From contig CP086569.2 of the NCBI GenBank assembly GCA_009914755.4, positions 6,304,001-6,368,000 on the forward strand: 64,000 nucleotides of DNA, read 5' to 3'. The position numbers and the translations under genes are program-made. This DNA is from the human T2T-CHM13v2.0 reference genome, Homo sapiens. Below the pieces are notes generated by a model. It was not told the DNA's origin, did no database searches, and saw only the letters and a list, made by a program, of their open reading frames with translations. This document shows, piece by piece, positions 11,791-25,057 of this stretch; position 1 is the stretch's first letter, and each line of letters opens with the position of its first letter.

Positions 11791-14700
11791 TCTTTCCATT
11801 GTTTCCTCCTCCTGCATGTTGCTACAAGAGTACTTTTTTTTTATGATGTCCTGTCTGAAGATTATTCTTTAGCCAGTCTTTAAGGATAGGTGTGCTGGTG
11901 ACAAACTGTTTTAGTTTTCTTTATATGAGAGTTATTTATTTCCCTTTACTCTGCTTAGTTTTATCACATTTAGATTTCAGAGTTTTAATTATTTTCTCTC
12001 AGCATTAAAAAATCAGTTTCAGATAAAAAATCCGTGGTTATTTGAAGTGTTTTTTTCCCCTGTAGTTAAAGTGTAATTTGTCTTTGCTGCTTTCAGTTTA
12101 TTTTCATCCTAGAGATTTAATCTAATATTTCTTGATGTGTATTTCTGTGAGCTTATATTATTTAGGTTTTGCTAAGCTCTGTGAATCTGTATGGTTTTTT
12201 TTTGTTGTTGTTTGTTTGTTTCAAACCTGAGAACTTTCAGCTAAGTATTTCTTCACATGTTTTTTGCAATTCTCCTTTTATCTACTCTCCTTCCAGGATT
12301 CTAATTATATGAACGTTAGGTCTTTTGTTATTGTCATACAAGTTGTTTACTGTACTTATTTTTTCCTTAGTCTAATTCCCCTCAATTCTTCAGGTCGATT
12401 CTTTTGACCTGTTTCCAAGGTTATTGATTTTATCTTCTGTCATCTCTACTATGTTATTGTGTCCATTCAGGGCACAATTAGCTATTTTTTGTTGTTTTTT
12501 AATTTGTTTTAAATTTTACTTATAATTTTTTACTTTTATATTTTTCATTTTGTTCTGTTTTTGTAACTTCTATTTCTTTGCAGATGTTTTCTAATGTTTT
12601 GGCTTGTTTAAAGAAAATTTGTCATTAATTGTTGAAGCATTCTTATTATGGCTATTTCAAAATATTTGTCAGATAATTCCAACATTTGATTCATCTTAAT
12701 ATTGTTGTCAGTTGTCTTTTTTCATTAAATATGTGATTTTCTTATTTATTGGTATAATAGGTTTTTTCAATTATACATTGGAAATTTTGTCTATTATGTA
12801 AAAAGCCCCTGGCTCTTATTTGTTTCTATTTCAACTGTCACATTTAGCATAAAGGCCCTAGTTTACATATGCAGGATGTAATTCCAGTGACAGCTTATTT
12901 TTCAGAGATTTGCAGTGTTATTTTGATCTGTTTGGTTGATTTGATGCTACTATGGCTCCCTGTGGTCTTTGCTGATGTTGCCTGAAAGAACTAAACTGAT
13001 TTCACCAGGCTAGGCTGCCTTAGTATCTCTTGATGTGAAAGAGAGTCTGTAGCTTGTGAGGAAAGAGGCTTCTCTGGTGAGACCCTTGTTGTGGTGGAAT
13101 CCTCCTTGCCTTAAAGTAACAGGTAGTATTTCCTGGCTTGGGTGCTTGTTGTAGCATGTTAGTTTCTGAATGATCCCACTATTTACCTCAGTGTCTCTTT
13201 GTCAGGGAGGAACATGTTAGGCCTACTGTGACCCCAAAGCTGCCAAGGCCAGGCCACTTGTTTTGGCTGGGTCCTTGATTCAGGTTTGTTATGTTTATCC
13301 TTAAGTACCAAACCATTATTCGTTCTGCTTACCATTTGTATCATTCTTCTCTGTTTGGTTTTTACATTATTTCAGAGTTCATAGCTGGACTTATAGAAAG
13401 TAGCAGGGATAAATCAATGTCTTCCTGTCTGAACAAGAATTTTACATTGTATGTGTACTCAACCTTTTCTCCCAGTGGCCAAAACAGTCTAACTTTTTTT
13501 TTTCTTAACCAATATGGAATGCTGCTATCTAAAAGTTAGGCAAAACATATCAGAAAATTAGGCTTTAGGTCCTGCCTGGGTAGTATATATTGTAACTAGT
13601 AATAAGTAGAATTTCCAGAATTGAATAGAAAATTATTAATACTAGGCAGAAGATTTTCTTACTTTTCTGCGTTGGAAAGCCTTATATTTCACCATTCTAC
13701 AGCTTTCCAAAAGATTAATGCCATGTGTCTTGACATTGGAAACTATAAGCCTAAATTTAGAAACATGCTAATTAAAGCTAAACAAAATTTAGAGACATAC
13801 TAATGTGCACTAAACTTTATTGACTAACCATTAGGTAGCCAGTTAAAAATTGTTGTGCAAAATTTTAATGACAATTTGCCTTAATTTTAATCACAATTTG
13901 CCACTTAAGTGATCAATACATTATATAGATTTTTAAATGTAAATTTGATGATGTAGAAGAATGTTTTTCTGTTTATTGTTATATAGGAAGCAATCACAGA
14001 AGTCTGAGTTGTGATCATACCACCTAGCATCAATTATTTTAGACAGGTTTAATAATCATAAAGGAATTTTCAAATGTTTGCCTTTCAAAATTCTCCCTAC
14101 ATTTCCAAGGTCCTGCAGAACAGCATATCTAATTTATTTTCCCCATTTCCAGAGACCATCCAGCCTTATAGTTAATATGGAACCAACATCTGATATTACA
14201 GCACTATAGGGCTCACAAGGACTTTCAGCATCATAGATTAGAAATTCTTTCCTTCATTACTGTGGTAGAAAGAGATTATCTGACCTTATAAGTTCAATGA
14301 GTATTTTGCTGTTTAGAGCATTTCCCAAATTTGTTCAATGCAACATAACTGGGTGAAATAGTAGTAGGTTCCATAGGCATAGACAAGATGACATGGTCAT
14401 GTAAGTTTGGTAAATAATAAGCTAAACATAGTTAAATATTTGTATTTTTCTGCATGACTTCCCAGAACCTTTAACATGCCTCTCCAAGGATGGAGGAGAG
14501 AGCAGGTTAAAATCTAGTGTTTCTAAAAGAATTATCTTTTGAAATAATCTTTAGAAAATTTGCCTGGAATATTTTCATTTGTTTAACACAGAATTTCCAA
14601 ATCTTGATTGAATATAGAATGCCCCTCACCACACATACTTTATTCCCCGTAAAGAAGAACATATATTCAGTCCAAGCAATTAAAGTGGGAAAATTTAAAG

Positions 14701-15844
14701 TGATAAAGATAGAAAAAAATAATTACAAGTGACCTTACTTCCAGATTATGATTGTCTCCGTTGACTTTGATAAATACCTACAAACTGTTTGGCAGGATGA
14801 ACAGAGACAGTGTAATTTTTTTAAAGGTAATTGCAATTTTTTACAACAAAAAAATTAAAAGCCTCAATCTTTAATACCAACAAAATAGCATATATATTTT
14901 AAAATTATAAGATCTATAATATTTTTACATAGAAAATAAAGTAAAATATTGAGAATATTAAAAAGAACTAAATTAATAAAAAGATACATTATGTTCATGA
15001 ATAAAATAGACTATATGTCAAAGAAGTCTATTATTATATTGATTTGTGTTTTGGGGCAATTCAAATCAAAATTTGAGCAAGGTTTTTAGTATTTTTAGTG
15101 GAATTTTACAGATTATTTAACTCTTTTAGGAGAGCAAAGGTCCAGGAGTAGCAATGATATTCTTCAATAAGAGCCCAGTAAAGGGACTATTTCTACTTGT
15201 CCTATCAGCTATCAAGACATTATTAAGACTCATTTTAAGTCCATAGTTATAGGACCATATTATACTGGCAAATAAATGAATGCAGGAAAATAGAGAGTGC
15301 AGAATTTAATCAGCACCTGTATAAAAACCATTAATATGTGGTGTTGGAATTAGTGGTTATCTACATAGAAAAAAAAATTGGATTCCTATTTTATACCTTC
15401 ACAGAATGCAATTATGGATATATTAAGTACTTCAATGTACAAGAATAGTACTTGAAAACTTTTAGAAAAAAACATAATATTTCTATGATTAGATATTTTA
15501 CACATGATAAAAAGGTGCAAGTGATAAAGAAAGTGAAAAGGCATTCCATGACAGGGAAAACATCAGGGAAAACATATTTATCATACATACCATTTGACAA
15601 AGGCTTACTTTTCAGAATATGTTTTGGGATAATTAAGAAAACACTACAAACCAATAGGTAAAGATAAGTAATCTACTAATAAAGCAATATACAAAAGTGA
15701 CAAAAGGGATTTCTACATAAACAGAGACATATGTGTTCAATAAGCATTTGAAAATATGCTCAACTATATTAGAAAGAAAATGCAAATTAAAATCAGATAC
15801 AATTTCATATTCATTAGAATTATGAAAATAAAAAAATTCAGACA

Positions 15845-16215
15845 ACACTAAGTGTATTAATTTGCTAAGGCTGCCATAAAAAGTACTACAGACTAGGTGG
15901 CTCAGAAAAACTTAATTTTATTGTCTTACAACTCAGAAAGTGAGAAGTCCAAGATCAGGTTATTGGCACATTTGGTTTCTTCTGAGGCCTCTCTCTCTGG
16001 CTTGCAGGTGGTGGTCTTCTCACTATGTCCTTACATAGTCATTTTTCTCTGTGTTATATGTGTTCTAATTTCCTCTTCTTATAAGGATACCAGTCACACT
16101 AGATGACAGTTCACCCATATGACTTCATTTTATCTGAATTTTCTTATTAAGGACCCTATCTCCAAATACAGTCACATTCTGAGGTACTGGGAGTTATTAC
16201 TTCAACACCCAAGAG
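15845..16215 (-). mobile_element. MaLR-type solo LTR, antisense copy of the family at 8160-8530
   Basis: gtgtattaatttgctaaggctgccataaaaagtactacagactaggtggctcagaaaaacttaattttattgtcttacaactcagaaagtgagaagtccaagatcagg ... cttataaggataccagtcac ... is the reverse complement of the ...ccagcctccagaactgtgag...ccacccag.ctatggtattttgttatagc...gactaagaca block. Confidence 0.5.
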
Positions 16216-16379
16216 TGCATAATTTAGCTCATAAATTTCAAGGGTACATAATTTAGCCCATAACACTAAGTTTTAGCAAAGATACTAACATGAAACTAAC
16301 ATTAAACAAACATTAAAACTGAACAAACATGAATAACACTAAACAAAGACACTAATTGTCTGCTATTCTGCGGTACATA

Positions 16380-16735
16380 GAATTATCATATGCTTCAGTT
16401 GAGAGTTTAAGTTGGTATAAACCTTTTGAAAAACATTTTTTATTATTTAGTAATGTTGAATATGTACATGCCCTAAAAATTTTACTTCTACTTATGCCTC
16501 AGATGGCATTTGTACAGGTGCTCAAGAAGAAATATATAACAAAAAGCCAAAAGTAAAAACTGGCAAACACCCAAATATCTACCAAAATAGAATAGATGAA
16601 GAAATTGTGGTAAAGTAATATAGTGGAATATTGTACAACAATTAAAATTACTAAACTATAGTAATGCACGTCAGCATATGTCAATCACAAAATTATTTAG
16701 TGATAGACTAAATTCACAGAATATATAAATATTTC
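16380..16735 (+). mobile_element. L1M-type 3' end fragment, sense
   Basis: ...gcctcagatggcatttgtacaggtgctcaagaagaaatatataacaaaaagccaaaagtaaaaactggcaaacacccaaatatctaccaaaatagaatagatgaagaaattgtggtaaagtaatatagtggaatattgtacaacaattaaaa parallels the L1M ORF2-end segment ...tatatacccaagagaa.tgaaaacatatgtccacacaaaaacttgtaca.gaatgttcatagcagcattattcacaatagccaaaaggtggaaacaacccaaatgtccatcaactgatgaatggataaacaaaatgtggtatatacatacaatggaatattattcagccataaaaa. Confidence 0.45.
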
Positions 16736-16739
16736 TTCT

Positions 16740-17440
16740 TTGTGTGAAGTGATTTTCTAGCAGTATGTTTTAATTTTTTGCCTTTTTGTGTATCTGTTGT
16801 AGAGTATTGATTTGAGGTTACCATGAGGCTCTCAAATAATATTTTACAACCAAATATTTTAAACTGATGACAACTTAATTTGAATCACAAAAAAATTTTA
16901 AAAAGCAAAAAAAAATTAAAACTTTTATATTTTAGCATCACCATCCCCCCACTTCTTGCCATTTTATCTCTATTTATAATTTTTATACTATCTATCTCAT
17001 AAAGTTATTGTACTTATTACTTTTGATAGGTTTTTCTTTTAGTCTTCCTACTCAAGATACGAGTAGTTTGCACATCAAAGTTACAGCGTTAGAATATTCT
17101 GTATTTGTGTGTTTAGTATTACTAATGAGTTTTACATCTTGAGATGATTTATTATTGATCTTTTTTTTTCTTTCAGAATAAATAACTCCCTTTAGCATTT
17201 CTGGTAGAACTGGTCCAGTGTTGGCAAAATCCCTCCACTATTGCTTGTCTAGGAAAGTCTTTATGTATCTTTCATGTTTGAAGGGTATTTTTTGCTGGAT
17301 GCGCTATTCTAGCATGAAAGTTTGTTTTACCTCCTTCAGCACAATGAATATGTCGACTCACTCTTTTCTGGCCCCTAAGGTTTCCACTGAGAAGTTTGCT
17401 GCCACATGTATTGGAGCTCATTTTTATGTTATTTTTTTAG
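16740..17440 (-). mobile_element. L1 fragment (ORF1-end / inter-ORF / ORF2-start region), antisense
   Basis: ttgatttgaggttaccatgaggctctcaaataatattttacaaccaaatattttaaactgatgacaacttaatttgaatcac ... cttcctactcaagatacgagtagtttgcacatcaaagttacagcgttagaatattctgtatttgtgtgtttagtattactaatgagttttacatcttgag ... ctttagcatttctggtagaactggtccagtgttggcaaaatccctcc ... ttctggcccctaaggtttccactgagaagtttgctgcc. Colinear with the antisense L1 inter-ORF region. It is not colinear with the ORF2 3' end that follows at 17445, so it is a separate fragment. Confidence 0.55.
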
Positions 17441-17444
17441 CTGC

Positions 17445-19130
17445 TTATACAAAGTTTTTGCACATCAAAAGAAACAATCAAAAAAGTAAAAGACCCAGTT
17501 TTACAGATCCGGTTTCATTATTCTGCATATGGCTAGCCAATTTTCCCAGCAACATTTATTGAATAGGATGTTCTTTCCTTGCTCTGTTTTTGTTTTTTTT
17601 GTTTTTTTTTTTTTTTTTGGCAACTTTGTTGAGGATCTATAGGCTGTAGGTATGTGGCTTTATTTCTGGGTTCTTTATTCTGTTCCATTGATCTATGTGT
17701 CCATTATTGTACAAGTACCGTGTGGTTTTGGTTACTATAGCCTTTTAATATAATTTGAGGTCAGTTAATGTGATGCCTCCATGCCTCCAGCTTTGTTCTT
17801 TTTGCTTAGAATTGCTTTAGCTTTTCTGGGTTTATTCCTTATGAATTTTTGGATCTTTACTTATTCTGTGAAAAATGACATAAGTATTTTGATAGGAATG
17901 GCATTACATCTGTAAATTGCTTTGGGGAGTATGGTCATTTTAATGATTGATTATTTCAAATCATGAGCATGGGCTTTTTTTTTCGTTTGTCTTTGTCATT
18001 TAGGATTTATTTCATCACTGTCTTATAGTTTTCCTTCTAGCAATCTTTTATCTCCTCGATTAAATGTATACCTAGGTATTTATTTTTTCTTGTAGCTATT
18101 GTAATTAGGTTTGACATTTTGATTTGGTTCTCAGCTTGATCAGTACTGGTGTATAGAAATACTACTAATTTTTGTACTTTGATGTATCCTGAAATGTTAT
18201 TAAATTCATTTATTAGATCTAGGAGTACTTTGGTGGAGTCTTTAGGGTTTTTTATGTATAAGATCACATGATAAACAAATGGAAATAATTAGGCTTTCTC
18301 TTTTCAATTTGGATGCCTTTTATTTCTTCCTCTTACCTGATTGCTCTGGCTAGGACTTCCAGTACTATGTTGTAATAAGAGTGGTGCAAGTGAGCATCCT
18401 TTTCTTTTTTCATTTCTAAGAAGAAAAGCTGAAAGCTTTTACTATGATGTTGGCTATGGGTTTATTATATATGGTTTTTTATTATTTTGGGGTATGTTTC
18501 TTCTATGCATAGTTTGTTGAGTGTTTTTATTATGAAGCAATGCTGAATTTTATAAAAAGATGTTTTTAATCTATTGGGATGATCATATGGTTTTTGTCCT
18601 TAATTCTGTTAATGTGGTGAATTGCATTTATTGATTTCTATATGTTGAACCACCCTTGCATCTCTAGGATAAAATCCACTTGAATGTGGTGCATTACTTT
18701 TTTTGATGAGCTGTTGGATTTCGTTTACTCATATATTGTCGAGAATTTTTGCATCTATGTTCACCAAGAATAGTGGTCTGCAGTTTCCTTTAATTGTTTC
18801 TTTGCCTGGCTTTGGTATCAGAGTGCAACTAGCTGCATATAATTAGTTAGGGAGGATTCATTTCTCCTTAATTTGTTGAAACTATTGCAGTGGGTACCAG
18901 TTCTTCTTTGTAATTCTGGTAGAATTAGGTTGTGAATCCATCTGGTCCTGGGCTTCTTTTTTGTGGGGAGATTTTTAAAGTACTGATTCAATCCCACTAT
19001 TCACTGTTGGTCTATAGAAAATTTTTATTTCTTCCTGGTTCAATCTTGAGAGGTTATATGTTCCAGGAATTTATCTGTTTCCTTAAGTGTTCTAGTTCAT
19101 GACTATAGAGATATTCATAGTAGTTTCTAA
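17445..19130 (-). mobile_element. Old host L1 (L1PB/L1MA-like), antisense, segment A: ORF2 C-terminal half
   Basis: Antisense ORF2: ctgcatatggctagccaattttcccagcaacatttattgaataggatg, tattctgttccattgatctatgtgtccattattgtacaagtaccgtgtggttttggttactatagcc, gcatccttttcttttttcatttctaagaagaaaagctgaaagcttttactatgatgttggctatgggttt, gaatccatctggtcctgggcttcttttttgtgg. Minus-strand ORF 18037-18267 encodes [49 protein letters not shown], an L1 ORF2 segment (compare ...DDMIVYLENP...[23 protein letters not shown]...). Confidence 0.75.
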
Positions 19131-19697
19131 TAATATATATATGTATATATTATAATATTATATATACACATATATGAATATATAGGAATATATATACATA
19201 TAGGAATATATATACATATATGAATACATATACATATATGAATATATATGAATACGTATTCATATATGAATACGTATTCATATATGTGTATATATGAATA
19301 TGTATTCATATATGAATATATATATGAATACATATACATACATGAATATATATGAATACATATACATACATGAATATATGAATACATATACATACATGAA
19401 TACATATGAAGACATATACATACATGAATACACATGAAGACATATACATACCTGAATACATATGAAGACATATACATACCTGAATACATATGAAGACATA
19501 TACATACATGAATACATATGAAGACATATTCATACATGAATATATATGAGTACATATTCATATATGAATATATATGAGTACATATTCATATATGAATATA
19601 TATGAGCACATATACATATATGAATATATATGAGTACATATACATATATGAATATATATGAGTACATATACATATATGTATACATGTTATATATATA

Positions 19698-19700
<3 letters not shown>
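19131..19700. repeat. AT-rich minisatellite, about 20 units, period about 28 bp (gaatacatatgaagacatatacatacat / gaatatatatgagtacatattcatatat)
   Basis: Visible 28-bp periodicity over about 570 bp, with two sub-arrays of closely related units. Sits between the host L1 and the (GT)n/(TA)n/Alu block. The long ORFs the six-frame track calls here (up to 144 aa, C/Y/M/I-rich) are repeat artefacts. Confidence 0.85.
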
Positions 19701-19733
<33 letters not shown>

Positions 19734-19748
19734 CATATATATATATAT
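19701..19748. repeat. (GT)n about 14 units followed by (TA)n
   Basis: gtgtgtgtgtgtgtgtgtgtgtgtgtgt atatacatatatatatatat, directly abutting the Alu at 19749. Confidence 0.9.
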
Positions 19749-20035
<287 letters not shown>

Positions 20036-20039
20036 TCTG

Positions 20040-20882
20040 ATAATATTTTGTAGTTCTGTTGTATCAGTTGTAATATCTTCTTATTCATTTCTAATTGTGC
20101 TTTTTTTAATCTTCTCTATTTTTAATCTAGCTAGCATTCAATTAATTTTGTTTATCGCTTCAAAAATAAACTAGTTTAACTGATACTTTGTATGGTTTTT
20201 TGGTTTCAAGTTCAATTAGTTCTGCTGTGATGCTGTAAACTTTGTTATTTATTCCTTTTCGTCTGCTAGCATTGAATTTGGTTTCTACTTTATTTTTTAG
20301 TTCCTTGAGGTGTGACATGCTGTTATTAATTTGTGATCATTCTGTCTTCTTGATATAAGCATTTAATGCTCCAAACTTCCCTCTTAGCGTTGCTTTTGCT
20401 GTATCTCCAAGGTTTTGATATGGTGTTTCTCTATTTTTATATGTTACAATTTTTAAAATGTTCCTCTTACTTTATTTATCCAAACACTGTTCAGGAGCAA
20501 GTTTTTAAATTTTCCTGTATTTGTGTGGTTTTGAGAGTTTGTCTTGGAACTGATTTCTTCTTTCATTTCTCTATGATCTGAAATGATACTTGATATAATT
20601 TTGATTTTCAAAAATTTACTGAGACTTCTTTTGTAACCTAACATATAGTTTATTTTGGAAAATGGTGCATATGCTGATGAGAAGATTGTATATTCTTTGG
20701 TTGTTGGGTAGAATATTCTGTAAATGTCTGTTAGGTCAATTTGGTCTAGAGGCCCATTTAAGTTCAGTATTTCTGTGCTGATTTCCTGTCTTGATAATCT
20801 GTCTAGTGCTGTCAGTGGGGATTGAAGTCCGCCACTATTATTGTATTAATATTTATCTCTTAGTTCTATCATTTGTTTCATT
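20040..20882 (-). mobile_element. Old host L1, antisense, segment B: ORF2 N-terminal (endonuclease) region
   Basis: Antisense ORF2 EN region. Minus-strand ORF 20453-20644 encodes MLGYKRSLSKFLKIKIISSIISDHREMKEEISSKTNSQNHTNTGKFKNLLLNSVWINKVRGTF (compare L1 ORF2 [56 protein letters not shown]). The right end (gtcagtggggattgaagtccgccactattattgtattaat) is antisense of the ...LIMGDFNTPLS... region. Confidence 0.75.
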
Positions 20883-21158
20883 CAGACTTTAAATTATAAT
20901 GATTTTTTTAAAAGCAGACATTACATAATGATAAAGGGTTTAATTCAACAAGAAGGCCTAACTATTCTAAATATATATGTACTCAACACAAGAACACCCA
21001 GATTTATAAAGCAAGTTCTTAGAGACCTTTAAAGAGACTGAGACTCCTGCCCCCACAATAAAAGGGAGAAACTTTAACAACCCACAGACAACATTAGACA
21101 GATCATGGAGGCAGAAAATTAACAAAGATATTTAGGAGCTGAACTCAGCACTGATCAA

Positions 21159-21500
21159 ATGGAACTGATAGACATTTACAGAAATTTCCACCCCCAAACA
21201 ATGGAGTATACATTTTTTTTTTTATCACCACATTACACATTCTCTAAAATCAATCAAATAATTGGACATAAAACCCTCCTCAATGAATGCAAAGTAACTG
21301 ATATCATAACTACCCTCTTGGGCCACAGCACAATCAAACTGAAAATCAAGACTAAGAAATTCACTCAAAACCATACAACTACATGGAAGTTGAGTAACTT
21401 GTTCCTGAATGACTTTTGGGTAAATAATGAAATTAAGGCAGAAATCAAGAAGTTCTTTGAAACTAATAAGAACAAAGATACAACGTACCAGAACCTCTAG
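21159..21500 (+). pseudogene. L1 ORF2 endonuclease-domain remnant (part of the nested L1)
   Basis: ORF translation [113 protein letters not shown] matches L1 ORF2 ...[112 protein letters not shown]. Interrupted by stops and by the Alu at 21534. Confidence 0.85.
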
Positions 21501-21533
21501 GAAACAGCTAAGTCAGTGTTAAGGGAGAAATCT

Positions 21534-21842
<309 letters not shown>

Positions 21843-22629
21843 GAGGGAAATTTGTAGCACTAAATACCCACATCAAAAACTTTTAAAGATCTCAATTTAA
21901 CAACCTAACATCACAAATAAAAGAACTAAAGAACCCAGTGAAAATCAACCCAAAAGCTATCAGACAAGCAATAACCAACATAACAGTTAAACTGAAGGAG
22001 ATTCAAAAATAAATGAATCTAGGAGCTGTTGATTTAGAAAAAAAATAATAAAATAGACCACTAGCTAAACTGATAGAAAAAATCTCAGAAGAATCAAATA
22101 AACACAATCAGAAATGATAAGGGGGATATCACCATTGACCTCACAGAAATACAAACAACCATCAGAAAATACTATAAACACCTCTATGCACATGAACTAG
22201 AAAATCTAGAATAAATTGATAAATTCCTGGACACATATACCCTCCCAAGGCAAAGCCAGGAAGAAACTGAATCTCTGAATAGACCAATAATGAGTTCTGA
22301 AATTAAGGCAGTAATAAATAGCCTACCAACCAAAAAACAACAGGACCAGATAGATTCACAGCTGAATTCTACCAGATGTACAGAGCTGGTACCATTCCTA
22401 CTGAAACTATTCCACAAAATTAAGGAGGAGGAATTCCTCCTTAACTAATTCTATGACGTCAGCAACACCCCAATACCAAAACTGACAGAGACACAACAAG
22501 AAAATAAAACTTCAGGTCAATATCTTTGATGAACATAGATACAAAAATGTTTAACAAAATACTAGCAAACCAATTCCAGCAGCACAAAAACATCTTATCC
22601 ATCAGAATCAGCTAGGCTTTATCCCTGGG

Positions 22630-23391
22630 GTGCAAGGTTGGTTCAACATATGCAAATCAAAAGATGTGATTTATCACATAAGCAGAACTAAAAACAAAAA
22701 CCACATGATTATCTCAATAGATGCAGAAAAGACTTTCAATAAAATTCTATGTTCCTTTATGTTAAAAACTCTCAAGAAATTAAGTATTGAAGGAATATAC
22801 CTTAAAATCATAAGAGCCATCTATGACAAACCCACAGCCAATATCATACCGAATGAGCAAAAGCTGAAAGCATTCCCCTTGGAAACTGGCAAAAGAAAAG
22901 GATGCCCTATCTCAGCACTCTTATTCAATATGTATTGGAGGTCTGGACAGAGGAATCAGGCAAGAAAATGAAATCAAGGCATTCAAATAGGAAGAGAGGA
23001 AATCAACTTATCCCTGTTTGAAGACGATATGATCCTATATCTAGAAAACCCCAAAGTTTTCACCCAAAAGCTTTTTAATCTGGAAAACAACTTCAGCAAA
23101 GTTTCAGGACACAAAATCAACGTACAAAAGTCACTAGCATTTCTTTACACCAACAACAGTCAAGCTGAGATCCAAATCAAGAACAGAATCTTGTTTACAA
23201 TTGTCATAATAATAATAAAATACCTGAGAGTAGAGCTAACCAGAAAAGTGAAAAACATCTACAAGGAGAGCTACCAAGCACTGCTCAAAGAAATCAGACA
23301 TTACACAAACAAATGGAAAAACATCCCATGCTCATGGATACAAAGAATCATTATCTTTAAAAATGGCCTTACTGCTCAAAGCAATTTATAG
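22630..23391 (+). pseudogene. L1 ORF2 reverse-transcriptase-domain remnants (two ORF fragments, part of the nested L1)
   Basis: ORFs ...[78 protein letters not shown]... and [52 protein letters not shown]...[48 protein letters not shown] match L1 ORF2 ([16 protein letters not shown]...[19 protein letters not shown] ; DDMIVYLENPI...[23 protein letters not shown]...[14 protein letters not shown]). Frameshifts and stops are present. Confidence 0.85.
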
Positions 23392-25057
23392 ATTCAATGC
23401 TATTCCTATTAAATTACCAATGACATTCTTCACAGAACTAAACATAAAATCAACCTAAAAGCTCATCAATTGTAGACCGAATAGAGAAAATGTGGTACAT
23501 ATACACCATGAAATACTATGCAGCCATAAATAGAATGAGATCATGTCCTTTGCAGGAACATGAATGGAGCTGGAGATCATTATCCATAGCAAACTAACAC
23601 AGGAACAGAAAATCAAATACTGCATGTTCTCACTTATAAGTGGGAGCTAAATGATGAGAACACATAAACACATAGAGGGGAACAACAGACACTGGGTCCT
23701 ATCAGAAGGTGAAGGTTGGGAGCAAAAAGTGGATTAGGAAAGATATCTCATGGGTACTAGGCTTAATACCTGGGTGATGAAATAATCTGTACAACAAATC
23801 TCAATGGCATAAGTTTACCTATGTAAGAAATCTGCACATTTAACTGTGAACTTTATAGCTAAAAAATTAACTCCAGATGATTAAAGACTTAAATGTAAGA
23901 CTTAAAACCATAAAAACCCTAGAAGAAAACCTAGGCAGTACCATTCAGGACATAGGCATAGGCAAAGACTTCATGACTAAAACACCAAAAGCAATGGCAA
24001 CAAAAGCCAAAATTGACAAATGAGATCTAATTAAACTAAACAGCTTCTGCACAGCAAAAGAAACTCTCATCAGGATGAACATGCAACCTACAAAAATGAG
24101 AGAAAATTTTTGTAATCTATCCATCTGACAAAGGGCTAATATCCAAACTCTACAATGCACTTAAACTTACAAGAAAAAAACAAACAACCCCATCAAAAAG
24201 TGGGAGAAAGCTATGAACAGACACTTCTCAAAAGAAGACATTTATGCAGCCAACATACATATGAAAAAAAAAGCTCATCATCACTGGTCATTAGAGAAAT
24301 GCAAATCAAAACCACAATGAGATACCATCTCACACCAGTTAGAATGGTGATCATTAAAAAGTCAGGAAACAACAGATGCTGGAGAGGATGTGGAGAAATA
24401 GGAACACTTTTACACTATTGGTGGGAGTGTAAATTAGTTCAACCATTGTAGGAGACAGTGTAGTGATTCCTCAAGGATCTAGAACCAGAAATACCATTTG
24501 ACCCAGCAATCCCATTACTGGGTATATACCCAAAAGATTTGAAATCATTCTACTATAAAGACACATACACAGGTATGTTTATTGCAGCATTATTCAAAAG
24601 AGCAAAGACTTGGAACCAACACAAATGCCCATCAATGTTAGACTGGATAAAGAAAATGTGGCACATATACACCATGGAATACTATAAAGCCATAAAAAAG
24701 GATGAATTCATGTTCTTTGCAGGGACATGGATGAAGCTGGAAACCATCATTCTCAGCAAGCTAACACAGGAACAGAAAACCAAACACCACATGTTCTCAC
24801 TCGTAATTGGGAGTTGAATAATGAGAACATATGGGCACAGGGAGGCGAACATCACACACTGGGGCATGTTGGGGGTTGGGGGGCAAGGGGAGGGATAGCA
24901 TTAGGAGAAATACCTAATGTAGATGACAGGTTGATGGGTGCAGCAAACCACTATGGCATATGTATACCTATGTAACAAACCTGCATGTTCTGCACATGGA
25001 TCCCAGAACTTAAAGTATAAAAAAAAAAAAAAGGAAAAAAGAACAATTTGTTTTATT

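Larger units (their letters stand above)
9380..13500 (-). mobile_element. Ancient L1 (L1M-type), antisense, about 4 kb, interrupted by two Alu insertions
   Basis: Antisense L1M 3' UTR motifs at 9420-10030 (ctacaccattttacattcccaccagcaatgcat..., gattttgatttacatgctaatgattagtgatgttgaacag..., gatttgcaaatattttcaccatttttctgggttgcctttttact...). Antisense ORF2-end motifs at 10360-10800 (cattctttcaagtgtggatattgttttcctagcaccatttgttaaaatgac...). ORF1 and 5' region style sequence to about 13500. Strongly diverged. Confidence 0.55.

Noticed and set aside
17218-17562. 114-aa plus-strand ORF
   Set aside because: Antisense to an L1 inter-ORF/ORF2-end fragment, with no homology-like motif. It is a chance ORF in AT-poor L1 antisense sequence.
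19131-19700. CRISPR-like regular repeat array
   Set aside because: This is eukaryotic sequence flanked by Alu and L1. The units are directly adjacent with no unique spacers and are AT-rich minisatellite units, not repeat-spacer architecture. There is no cas-like coding nearby.
20883-20883. Twin-priming (5' inversion) origin for the antisense/sense L1 junction at 20882/20883
   Set aside because: In a twin-primed insertion the inverted and direct segments are adjacent, non-overlapping parts of one L1 RNA. Here both arms contain the same ORF2 region (codons about 75-125 and the whole C-terminal half), and the antisense arm is colinear with the segments beyond 25058. So these are two independent elements, one nested in the other.
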